DNA from: Phoronis australis
Taxonomy: Eukaryota > Animalia > Phoronida
Assembly (NCBI GenBank): GCA_002633005.1
Contig: NMRA01000521.1
Coordinates: 7,446-71,445, forward strand
DNA: 64,000 nucleotides
Reading direction: 5' to 3'
A program made the position numbers and the translations under genes. The notes under the pieces were generated by a model. It was not told the DNA's origin. It worked only from the letters and a program-made list of their open reading frames with translations, and searched no databases. Position 1 is the first letter of the stretch, and each line of letters starts with the position of its first letter. Below are positions 1-12,500 of the stretch, in pieces.

Positions 1-1778
1 TGATTGTGCGCCGTTGGTTTTTCGCAAATTACATGTAGATACGTTGATGACAGTTGTCGAAAGCCAGTGTAACAATTTTACAATGACATTTGAAGTCGTA
101 TTACCATTCACATGTTGCAAACGACTGTCTTTTGACTTATTTAGGATTGAATGTTAGCGCTTTTACCCCGATCGTCGGCTGCGCTCGGGCGGACGTTTGT
201 ATAGCTTGAATAAAGTTACGGGTCTGGATGAAACCTGACGTCACGAATCACGACTTTATGCCATTTTCATGTACACCTTGGTTTAAATTGCAATATTCCG
301 ACTATTTTACTTCTGGTACTACTACAGTTCGACAATTTCACTTTTTTAATGTTGTCATCCAAGCACCACTATCCCGTTAAGGTCGGCCTATTTTCACACA
401 GACGTGTACATAAACCCACCTTCCGTCTCAGACCAGACTTACAGATACATTAGTCTCAACTTGTTCTTTGCGTAAATATGTGTAATGCAGGAAACTGGTA
501 CATTAACGGAGAAGTTGGTAATATCTTTGTAACGGGCTAGTTGCATTTTTTGCCCGGGAGCTATGTCCTAACTTCACTTGAAGAAATATGATAACACACA
601 TTTGTGAAACAAAGGTGATAGATAACGCATTGCAATATCCAAAAAGAAATTTGAGATTTCATTAGTGATTTTCGTGACCCCTATAATTACGTTACTTCGA
701 AGTTACAGTAGGTAATAAACGTTAAAAAAGTTACAGTAGGTGGCCATATTTGACCCGCCGAGTGCGTTCACGACGTGTGATTTGTGTGCATTAAATTACG
801 CTGCTGTATGTAATTCTGCCGCTATTTGCCCTAATTAGCGCCCATGCCTCAACAAGTGCCCCAACGCGTTTTCAGACTTTGCTAAAGTAAGCGCCCAGCC
901 CATGAACTACATGCGAAAAATGCCCTTACCTACAGTTCTAACGTCTCCAATTTATCAATTGAAAGATCCGACAGCCTGAATTTGTAACGGACCACGAGCC
1001 TCACCGTTATGTCCGTATACACTTCAAACTTACGCCCGCGATTCAAAAAGAACGCAGAAGTTTTGCTGCTCTTGCGAGGGATGTGCCCCACTACGCGGGT
1101 CTGGACTTTGAAAACAGACACAGCGTACTTGTCAAAGAGCGGGATTGCATTGTTTCTTTCCGGTACAGATCTTCTCCGGCCTCAACAGGAATCCAAATTT
1201 CTTTGTACATGTGAAAACTATGAATCGAAGACTAATAAAAAAGCTCGACCAGTGTTAGCACGCGACCAAGAAGCGCGCGCTGCATAATGTACCGGCTGTC
1301 ATCGAAGATTAATCGGGAACTATCTATTCATGAAACGGGTAACATACCATCGGCAAATAAATATTGGCACTAATTTGCATTATTTTTAAGAGAAATTATT
1401 TAACTAATCATAATTGGTGTTTTTAAGGTCAAAATGACCCACTTCGCACCCTTACACCCCAAATCTTCCGGTAAATAGCTGTTACACTACGGTCACGCAT
1501 CCACTCACCCGGCGACTCAATGAGTGACATATCGGTCTTACCGAAAAAATTCTCGAACGTTTTTAGCAGATGAGGCCAGCAAGTGCTAAGCCGTAAATAT
1601 TAAAACACGCTCTGCTTGACTGCTTGACTTATTTTTTTTTGGATACAATGCACACCTAGATCATTACATTACTCTGGCAAATGGACTCTGATGACAAGCA
1701 CACGCACGCTTACTCTCACACACACGCATACAAACTTCAAAACAAACGTCACGTGACAACAACATGTGTTCCCACAGA

Positions 1779-2080
1779 GATTTTTCTCGGGTTGCGTGCT
1801 ACAATCTAGCGCAGATTTGGACTTAATCTGCAGTTTATCCAGACTTCACAAAAACTTAAAAATCTTAGAGACGCTATTTGGAAAACTTGAGGAGGATTTC
1901 AGGTAATTTGTTGAGTCAAAGCTGTATTAAGATTTTTCTCGGGTTGCGTGCTACAATCTAGCGTAGATTTGGACTTAATCTGCAGTTAATCCAGACTTCA
2001 CAAGACCTTAAAAATCTTAGAGACGCTATTTGGAAAACTTGAAGAGGATTTCAGGTAATTTGTTGAGTCAAAGCTGTATT
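1779..2080. repeat. Tandem duplication, ~152-bp unit x2
   Basis: Near-identical copies starting at 1779 and 1931. Confidence 0.9.
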
Positions 2081-2517
2081 CTTATTTAAGAATTCAAGCC
2101 CTATCGACGATTGCGAGACCAGCAGCTACGCATTTGTCGGCAAGATTTCGCCCTGGAACTTCAACAAAATTTTATGAAAAATGATCGTAATTTAACAACG
2201 AATTTTGATAGCAATGTACCACAATTTTGTAGAAAGTAAATAATAATAATCTGCACGCTTTATCTCAGCGCGTAATGCATATAGTGTGCATACGTTCAGT
2301 GAGTCGACCCAGAACAGGTGATTGTGCAGAGGCATTATCCTCAAAATTGCTCATGCTTGGTTCTGGTCAAGCGAAAACAAGTTTTTTTTCACTACCAACC
2401 GCCGTGGAGTATTTGTTACTGTTTCTTTGAAGGGAGATATTGTTGGGCAGTTTCTAAGATACGTTTTCTTGCCGCCCTCAAAATGAGCGCTGCACACTTT
2501 ATGCTATGAAGTCGGCT

Positions 2518-2670
2518 TCGGAAAGAATTCACGAAGTCGGCCTTTGCTACCAGCTCTACCGATGTCTCTGACCCATGTTTAACGCAGTTCTTGAGTCGGA
2601 AAGAATTCACGAAGTCGGCCTTTGCTACCAGCTCTACCGATGTCTCTGACCCATGTTTAACGCAGTTCTT
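2518..2670. repeat. Tandem duplication, 78-bp period x2
   Basis: Identical copies starting at 2518 and 2596. Confidence 0.9.
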
Positions 2671-3704
2671 TATCCTTGGGAAACAGGTAGTAACTAAATT
2701 TTTTATTTCGCTAACTGGTATTGTAGAATGCCAGGCACACAACACATATAACCTCCCTGTGGCCGGTTCGCCCCCACGCTTGCCGACGTACTTGTTTACC
2801 GGCTTAACCACAATGCAACATTCTGACCCATTTCCAATATGGCGGCGTTGCAACTCCGCTAGCATTGCCTGGCGCCACACAACGGCTATTTACGAAACAA
2901 TTTGCTCCTCATGGACTGTGTTAGCTCCAACCCGCCGACAGTATACATGTACAGTCTAGCCCTGTTACCGTGCTATCCCATGGTCAGTACCTTCCGCCTC
3001 AGGCTTCCAGGACCTACTTGAAGGGGAAACAAATATACAAGTCTTTAAATGGTGTGGTGTCGTCTCGAGAGTTGTGCTAAAACGTGTGATGGGGATTACG
3101 AGGTCGGCAACGATTACGATAATCATCTGCAATGTTGCAGGATGATGATGTCGCCCTATGTTCACTGAAAGGTAATAAAGGGGTGGGTTAAAATTTGAAA
3201 TTGATTAAACTCTCCAACTGCTTACAAAATATCCATGCGTAAAACGTATCTCCTAGATCTATGAGCCTATTGGGAAATGTTGAGTGATTTTATTCAATGT
3301 GATCTTATTGACAAGTATTAAAGACGTCATATATATCGATCTTCAATATTTGATTGTGCATGGAGCCCGATTTATGTGCACGTCCGTTACGTTCAGGGAT
3401 CGGCCCGCCTCCTCTTTTTATATGAGTGTTAAGAAAAGGTGCACGATAGTGATAATCACAAATCAACAATCGAACACTTTTAATGGTCACCTACTTCAAC
3501 TCCTCTTATATATAAGCACACAACAGATCGATTGTCGATACCAGAAGCTATTTGTATCGGTAGAATGTTAACAGCTGAAAGTTTAGGTCACATTTTCTTG
3601 TACAGTTTAGTCTTTTGACAAACAGGATAAAAGTGACAGCCTAAATAGTTATTTTGCATTGATAACGTTGCTAAAACGTTAGATTTTTGCCGTGTCTTAA
3701 AAAA

Positions 3705-3790
3705 TTCCTGTTCCATCCGGGGCTTGAACCAGGGACCCTCTACAATACTTCTAGACGCTGTAGTTCACAGATCAGAGCCTTCGGTCTAAA
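3705..3790 (-). repeat. tRNA-derived fragment (SINE head or tRNA pseudogene)
   Basis: B-box/T-arm-like ggtccctGGTTCAAGcccc; no complete cloverleaf. Confidence 0.3.
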
Positions 3791-4884
3791 ACAGAAATCT
3801 AAACACACTATTTTTCCATTCCTTGGTCATGTCCATGGTACTCTGTGCGGTATCCGTATCCAACTACCAGAATTTAATACACAGCAATAAAGATTACCAG
3901 TCATATGAACGTTCTTTTGGATACACACTCACACACACGCCCACGCACGCACGCACGCACGCACGCACGCACATACTCCTATATACATGTAAAATTTATG
4001 TCCACCCACACGCACGCGCACACACACAAACAAAACACGTGCATTTATATACATATTTATTTATTTACACTGAATTTACAAAAACAATTCTGAAAAAAAA
4101 ATTAGTCAACGAGGACGTCTGTGTGTATCATAACACAATTTGGGCTGACGTGGGTGAGTCCCAGGAATTTTTGCTAGTTTTCTGCTATGAGGTTTCACTA
4201 ACCGAACTCAAATTCTAGCACGCGTTGTTTGCTACAACAAGATTACTGAGTGACAATAATCAAAACGGCAGGCCCCTAGGAAGGTAAAATTTATGGGGGG
4301 GGGGGGGGTTGGGGAGGCACAAACCAATTCGACTTCGCCAACCCACCTCCTTCCTGTCGCTACACCCGGCTTCCCTCGTTCTCTGGTGGGTTGGGGGGAG
4401 CGGTCATCACAAATCGTAGTCCCCGGTCTTTTCGACATTTGTGAATTCATTACAAACGGTAGTAACGACCTTAAATAGAAGTACTATTCTTGTGATACTA
4501 TTGACAAAATATAACACCATTTATAACTAACCATCGGAAGTAGCCTTTTTGTGTAATTCACAAATAGTGATCTTCACTTTCTTCAAAATTCCAACTTTTT
4601 GATGATGGTCAGACATATTACATTTTTCACATTTTTGGTTGTTTCAACCGAATGTTTTGATACTGCTCTGCTGTGCACGGTTGTTTTGTGGTTTTGATAA
4701 ATTTGGAATCTCAACTTCCTCGCGACAATTTGGCAGTGTTATAACATGCAGAGCTCAGTGACACTACAACTACATGTACACATGTATGGTGATGACCTAC
4801 TTACTTTCCCTGTATCTCTCACTCTCATTTCACCACATGGATGTGACTTGATTGGTAATCGACACTTGATGTCCTACTGTACAT

Positions 4885-4920
4885 ATCCTGATGATGTCTT
4901 ATGAATAGACGAAACGTTAA
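4885..4920 (+). ncRNA. Minimal hammerhead-ribozyme-like core (Penelope type)
   Basis: CTGATGA-T-GTCT(tatgaat)AGAC-GAAA-CGTT. Confidence 0.4.
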
Positions 4921-5713
4921 CTTAATATGCAACGATTGTCAAAAAATAATGTAAGGAAAATAGAGATAATAGATTCTAACATTGGGACCTCTCTTCATGA
5001 GCACCCCTTTAAGAATTTGCCAATCAAAACACGAAAAAGGTGGCCACTTGAATGTCATCAATGGTCCTCTTCAAGAGCTGGGCTCCTACATATGAAAAGA
5101 TCTGTATTTTAAAAAGCCAGGAAATGCACAGCAATTGATGTTATCTGCCAGGACATCAATTTTCTCAAGTGATACACAATTTAGAGATAGAAAAACACGA
5201 AAAAGTAGAGCGACAGTTGTCTTCTTTACCATTTGGTAGAGAAGGGCCTCTGGAAAACATAACTTTGCATTTCTGCATTTTCAAAACCGTCTTCAATCCA
5301 ATGAATTAATATGCTACGCAAAAGCTTCGCTTTACGAATTTTATCGATTTTTCGAAATACATGTATGAATGATAAAATGCACGTTTTCAAGTGCGTTTAG
5401 ACAATCATATACAATATGCAACAAAAACGGAGACCCTAACAACAATGTCCTGGACAGGGACCTCAAAGGGTAAACCATGCGCTGATACTGAGTTGTCAAA
5501 TGTTCTCTTGATTTTGTTTACTTATTCGTATTCGTCGTCTTTCTTTTCTCGACTTTCCTCCCAAGCCTATGTCGGTTGCGATGGTTTAACCGTGACGCCT
5601 GCACAGTTTTAGGGGGGTACATGCCCCCCGCTCCTACCCGTTGCCTAAGGCCCTGAATGGTGTCGGTACATTCACACTGAAACTTTTATATTAGGCTGTG
5701 AACCTGTGTACAT

Positions 5714-5975
5714 GCGCACATCCAGGGGGGGTGGGGGCTCGAGGGGCTCGAACGAGAACTCACATTTGGCGAAGTGGGCAAAAAGGTCCGCCCCAGAGAT
5801 ACAAAAAGACAGAAAAACGAGATAAAAGTCCACTAAATAGGTGCAAACCGCACAATTCACAGCATGTACAGCTCAGATAGTGTTACTGTTTTTTGTTAGT
5901 CGACCGACTAAATTGTTAATAAAAATCCACATCGCCAAGAATTCGAGCCCCCCGTATTGAAGGCTGAGTGCGCGC
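5714..5975 (+). repeat. Short G/C-run interspersed element; inverted relative at 38822-39048
   Basis: Shared ends gcgc.catccagggg and aggctg.gtgcgcgc, and internal aaaaggtcc. Confidence 0.55.
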
Positions 5976-6683
5976 ATGTGTGGTATTTATCATTGTTGCA
6001 TGGCTAACAAAATATAAAAGCAAGGTGACAAAAAGCGCTGTTCATAACTTGGTGAGTACAACATTTTAAATCACTGCCCAGGGATTATAATTAAAACGTA
6101 CGTATGACTATGCTGCATTGTCCAGTAGGAATGAAATCACTGTTATACGGTATATTACAAACGCAATGGTGATAAACCTGTTGTATATACTGTAAGGCCT
6201 GCTTGTGTCTACCTATCAGCCGTAACCGTAGAAGACTTCACGGCCTCGCCTGAGTGTGGGGTAATCATAGCGAGTTAACTGATGAGGTGGCTGGATGTGC
6301 TGAGCAGAGAGCTGATAGAGAGAGTCTTGATGCTACGATATATTTAATCAAACTGAGTTCTACACGATACATACATCTGTTAAGTTCCAAGAAATGATTC
6401 ATGCCCAAATACATAAACATTGTGGTTAAGAGAGGACGAGAGGATGGGTTACAAAGAAAGACTGAACACACTCAGAGTGAAAGTTGCATAATAAATAATA
6501 GTTCCTAGTATACATTCTTGAGGTATAGAAAATCACACAAAACAGGAAACCTGAATTAAGCAACGGAATGTCAAGTCTGTCATTAAAAGCAATAAAATTT
6601 AATTGATTTCATAATTGATTATAAACATCCCTGAACCATGTTTGACACTGAGACTTCAAAATATGTTTCGACTGTTTACGTTA

Positions 6684-7002
6684 AACACCTTCTCATTTGA
6701 AATGAGCTTTTCTCAAATAAATGAGCTTCGAAAAAAGGACTTAAATTGAATACTTAATAAGGTATTGCCCAGACAATGCCACACTTGCATATTCATTAAA
6801 CGGTCTACCCTATATATATATATAGGGTATACCACTAGCGTCATTCGTTTGAGTGGTCTATCCTATATATATATAGGATAGACCGATTAATGAATTTGCA
6901 AGTGTGGCATTGTCTGGGAAATACCTTATTAAGTATTCAATTTAAGTCCTTTTTTCGAAGCTCATTTATTTGAGAAAAGCTCATTTCAAATGAGAAGGTG
7001 TT
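6684..7002. mobile_element. Foldback/MITE-like near-perfect palindrome
   Basis: About 150-bp inverted arms with a short spacer; GTTA on both flanks. Confidence 0.8.
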
Positions 7003-7567
7003 GTTAACTCTGTGCACAAAAGTGCAAGAAAAACAAGGCACACAATTAGGGTAAATATAAAGAAGCTCAATATGTATTAAGTGGCATTACGTTAGAAATA
7101 AGAAAAGGAATTTCATAGCCTGACGACAGCCAATACTGGAATGTATATATAATTATCTAAAACCCCTCAGAGGCTATGATGCAGTAATGTCATTTCTGCA
7201 GAAACCATCACCCGAAACTTCGCGCTGAAGCAAAGAGACCAAAACATTTTAAGACTGAAATTTGTGAAACATTAGTGATGTGTTCATTTTAGAAAACCGT
7301 GGCTATGGGTTAAATCCCATGATCAATTCCGACGCTAATGAAATTGAAATGTGCGTTGGCGTATTTTACCAGTTATTTCCCTTTACAGACTGGATGACCA
7401 ATTGCTTCAGCGGCGGCCATTTTTGTAGCGCACAATAACGAGATCAAAAAACACGAGCGTTCACTTATTTCTTGTTTATATGCCAAAAACCAATAAAATC
7501 CCAGAATTAGTACAAGAAACAAACGATGTCGGAAAATCAAAATGTGGTGCCTTGATTTCATTGAAGT

Positions 7568-7686
7568 TCACGGTGGGAGCGGTATGTATGCAGTGACGCG
7601 GGCAACTCCGCCCCCCGGTACAACTTTCTTCCACGTGACCCAGCTTGGTTTGTCAGCTCCTTTGTAGCCTACCATTGCCAACGCAC
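7568..7686 (-). CDS. Exon 7 (terminal): end of the ILEI domain
   Basis: ttgcag|GT GCG; SALAMVGYKGADKPSWV...AYIPLPP*. Confidence 0.8.
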
Positions 7687-9503
7687 CTGCAAAAGACACA
7701 CACAAGAGATGTGCCAAACGGAAAAAAGTCTGGGGCAACCCGTGGAGCAATACAAAAAGAGCTTTTAACGCCAGTATGTAGCACCGACTACTAATAAAAG
7801 TTTTCCGGCAAAAGTTCTTCCTTGCGTGGCCATTACGCACTTAGCGATCAAGTGAATGCGCAGGACACCAGAGGACTGTTTGGGTTAAAGCAACCGCCGT
7901 AATACTGGTTTAGGGATAATACATAACTTTCTGTGCTAGTGAAAAAGGGAAAAATGTCGTGTCCTACACTTCAAGGTTTCTCTCATTTAGCAGACAATAG
8001 GAATAGTATTTTCTGAGGCAACTATATATATACATCGACGGTTTTTCAGAAGTCAAAATTCTTATGATATCAGTGACATTTAGAAACATACATGAATTTA
8101 CTTACTTCTATCTTCCATAGTTGGCTTTTGATTCGCTCCGAGGTCTTTGACAATATCCAGTACTTTGTTTGCGTTGTTTTTTGGCTCATCGAATGTGCAT
8201 ACCACAACGATAACACTGTGAAAAGAGAGAGGTCATTTGAAGATAGCGAAGGCAGTAAAGATAATCTCAATTAATTAGCTGGGTGTTTTGAAAGGATTCA
8301 GCAGGCAACCCACAAGCTTACTGGAATGTTCCAAGTGTTACTCAAATAATTTTTGGCTGTATTTGTCGGGGAGGAGCAGGTGGTTCCCATGAACACAAAG
8401 AGTACATTGTAACCTACATTTTTGAGATCATCGTGGCATGTGCTAAGGATTCTGTTGGCTGCTTTCGGCTCCATGGCCCTAGTCACCTGTGAAATTTCTT
8501 TAAACTGGCACTATGCTTGCAGGAAAGCTACAACCTACACAAACGTATGGGTTTTGAGACTCAGGTGTGTACGGGAAATAGGACAGCTGGTTGATTTTGC
8601 TTTAAACGATGAATTGCCGCACTGAAAAGACCACAAATCAGAGTAAATCTTAAACGATACAAAAACGAAGTGCTTTTACAATGTTTTAAGGAGGAACGAT
8701 AAAAACAAAAGCTGATTTAGAAGTAACAGCATGATTGAAATTTTTAGGATTCTCTATTTTAATGGCTAATGAAACCAACTTATTAAATTTTTAAAGATGG
8801 CCGACATTACAATTTCGTACACCATTCAGATGTTACAGCAAGTGACGAGAACCTTTTTTAAGGATTTCGCTACAGTTAAAAAATACGTTAGTGTTTCAAT
8901 AGATTTATTGTATTCTACCATGTGTCGCCCATGGAAGACACGTCTTTCACAATGTAGGAAGTTGAGAATGAGTGTTAAATCGGATATGGGGATTTATACA
9001 CGTTCGTGCTAACGTTCAGTATCGAGTATATGCCTACATGACCATGTAAATGGCCATGCACCCCTTAATAACACGTCATGAAGGGATGCCATGTTTTGTT
9101 GTTGAAATGCAACTTATCTTACGAAATGTCTAAGAGCCTACTAATCATGATGACACTACTTTCAACCCCTGCGGTCTGGTTTAACGCTCTGCTGGCGAGA
9201 TAAATACCATTCGATAAATGGGAGGATATTGAAACGGCAGTCACCGGCTTTGATTTCAACGAATGGGGGAAAATTGTTAATTTGTTATAGTGTTTTGTTG
9301 TTTTATAGCTCTGATCAAATCTAATAACTTCAAGAAGCATGTCCCATGCAACAATTATGCTAAAAACTTGCTTTATGCCGGTGAAACCCATAATGTCCTT
9401 TTAAATGCATCAATTAAGTGCTCGCGCGCTCAGTCGTCATCGTCGTCGTCTTCGTATTCTTCGGCATCATTCATACTACACTTATTCTACCGTCGTCATC
9501 ATC

Positions 9504-9579
<76 letters not shown>

Positions 9580-12500
9580 ACATCATCATCATCATCATCA
9601 CCATCAACATCATTGTTGTCATCATCACTGCTATCATAATAGTTCACCAACGCATAAGCGGATCCAGGGAGGATCAGGGGGACCGGACATTCCTTTTATC
9701 CCTTGATTTTAGTGATATCAGATCTAGAATTCTCAAATTGTTGACTTGGGCCCCCCTTTTAAAAAATCCTGTCATCGTTCGCCAACAACATTGCAACCCT
9801 GAGAGCCAGCGCAATAACAACTGACATGTTTTCATCACTATCGTCATTTGACTAATAACTTTCGTCATCGGTTATATCAGCTTGCAACTGTGAGATAACA
9901 TGATACTGTACAGGGCCATGGCTGTCAGCTTTTTCAGTTATCTTCAGGGTGGTTGGTAGCTCACGTGAATCTTGATAACTCACCCGTCGGGCAGACTTTG
10001 GTAAAAATTATAGGCTGCTTGATCTTTGTCTGGTGTAAGATGGACATCGTATTGCTTGAAGTACAGCTCTTCACCAGACGCGCTGTCCAGAACAATAAAC
10101 GTGTAGGAGCGTTGCTTGCAAGAGCGCTTCGTCTGACCGTTGATCTAGAAACCGTCAGTGAGGTTCTTTGTTACGACAATCAATTCTTGTGGAGGAGCGT
10201 GTTCTGACAGCACTCACATGTAGTGGTCGTTTATTGTACTGGGGACTTGTTTGTACATTTAGACAATGTACCTTGAAAATCATTATGTTTATAACGCAGA
10301 TTTGGCCTTTCATCGTCGTGTCACTCCAGCTGATTTCAATGCAATTATCTTTTGTCTATACATGTGCACTATATTTAGGCAATTTATGGTAACTTAATGT
10401 CTGACAAATTGTAAAGCATATGTGTTTCATTTATCCAGAGAAACAAAATTTGTGCAGGGGAACAAATTTTGTTGTTTCGCTGATAATGCATTTTTAGTTA
10501 AGATAACATTTCAACTATTTTACTTGCCTTGTTTAAGAATTACGTAGGATATCAAAAAAATCTTTCCAGTCAAAATGGAGACACAGTGTCAAGGCATTGA
10601 CGAGTTAGCAAAAGAAAACGTTATCGACATCGTTATCTCTAATTGGGAGAACTGCAAATCAGTTTGATTGCATTACTTTTATAGAACATATGCAACTGGT
10701 GAAGTTATTATTATCACTAAGCAAATGCTTTACCTTCATGACAGGTTCATAGTTATACGTAACCCAGTCATTCAGTCCGTAGCCTTCTGCAGTTACTTCT
10801 ATCGTAGCTGTAAGTGAAGAACAATATCTAATAGTTTTCAATATCCTACAAGTACATGAACACATGTATATCCTAATCCAATTTCCGTTGAATACTGACA
10901 TCGTGTACTACGGTAAAGCTTAGGCAATCGGTATACAACGGTATAGACCGTATTTCACGTTTGGTGTGCAGTCTCCCGGTGGAGTAAATTCGCGTGTACG
11001 ACGGCAATTTTGATTGTTCAAGTTCATTTGGCCGGGTTACTTAAAACGTTGTCCCACTGGCGTCGTTCTTGAGAAAGCAGTTTTACTGCTATAACAACTA
11101 TGAATTTTCTGGGATGAAAATTCCGACTCACGGTGAGGCATCGCTAGTTTTAATCTGGGACATCAGATATATCTCATTCCAACAAAATCCGGCAAAAATA
11201 TAATTCAAATCAAACGAAAACGTTTTGTTACGATGCATTCAGTACGTATACACTGGGAACTAAGATATTTACAGGACATTGCGACCTAATATCTAGTTTG
11301 TGTTTTTGCCGACAAGATCGTCAGCTTCGAGCGTTCTTCGACTCTCCCATATTGCGTAACGTCTGCTTTTGCGATACAGTTCGCACCTGAAGTCCGGCAA
11401 ATCAGCAATGTTTCCACCGTTATTTCCCAGTGCTGTGATCAAGACGGGAGGATATTTCTATCATTTTTTTCACTGCAGAAGCTAAAACATGAAAATTGAC
11501 CTAGAAAACTCACCGACCCTAAAACGACACACTGCTGCACATAAGTCCAGTCAGTGTTTCAATTTTGATATTCTAGGATGGATTATTTGTAAGTTTTAGA
11601 CCAACTTTTAATATTATTGAATGTTATGGTGTTATCAATTTAATATGGAATGAAACTTTACTACAATACGGATAATCTGACCCCTTTACAGGCGCGGGTA
11701 GGCTTGGCATACACAGACACAGTCACAGACACACAGAGACACAGACAGACAGACAGACAGCCAGACAGACATACAGACAGACATACATACAGACAGACAG
11801 ACAGACAGACAGGCAGGCAGGCAGGCAGACAGTCAGACAGACACACAGACACACCCACACACACATATATATGACGTCGTATAAGCGAAAGCACATGACG
11901 ACAAGACATCGACGTGATTCAATAGGCATCAGTAGGTAACATAATTTACAAAGCAATATTTCGAGACAAGTATCTCATTTTTAGGCTTGCATTTACTACT
12001 AGTTCATAGTAAAACGCCAAGTCAGAAATAACAAATGCAATTTAACACTTCTTATTTGATAATAAATATTAGCGTAAGAAGGTCCGCACTGTTGAAAATG
12101 ATTTACACAGGTTACGAACATTAAAGTCGATCCTGATAATGTTTGAAAAATCTAGGCTAAGCTTGAATGAGCATATAACTGGAACTCGACAGACTCTACG
12201 CACGCACGCACGCAACACGCACGCACGCAAACACGCACGCACCCACTCATGCACACAGGTTATCACACATACATGTACACAGGAATACTACTGCCATATC
12301 CTATCGAGAATTCAGTTCATCTGGAAATGTCCCAACGAGACAATCCATATATACGACTTTGCATCCATCGCGGCTGTACCTTGTCTTCGTGGGCTTTGGT
12401 TTGTTGTTGTTGTTTTTGAACTCATAAGTATGCCAAGAACAGTACCCAAACCCGTAAACCCACAAGATTATCTGAGAAAGTGTTGAAAAACCAGTAAAGT

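Noticed and set aside
1779-2670. CRISPR-like array
   Set aside because: Only two-copy tandem duplications without unique spacers, in eukaryotic DNA.
2416-2959. Overlapping 154 and 122 aa ORFs with a 26-aa repeat
   Set aside because: Explained by the 78-bp tandem duplication; no recognisable domain or splice context.
8322-8486. Exon-like segment (cag|GTG...CCA|gtaagc) inside the lectin gene
   Set aside because: It is phase 0-0 inside a phase-2 intron. Exon 8215-8106 fits both the phases and the ILEI alignment.
9290-9824. Poly-His, poly-Ile and poly-Ser ORFs
   Set aside because: Translations of an intronic (CAT)n microsatellite.
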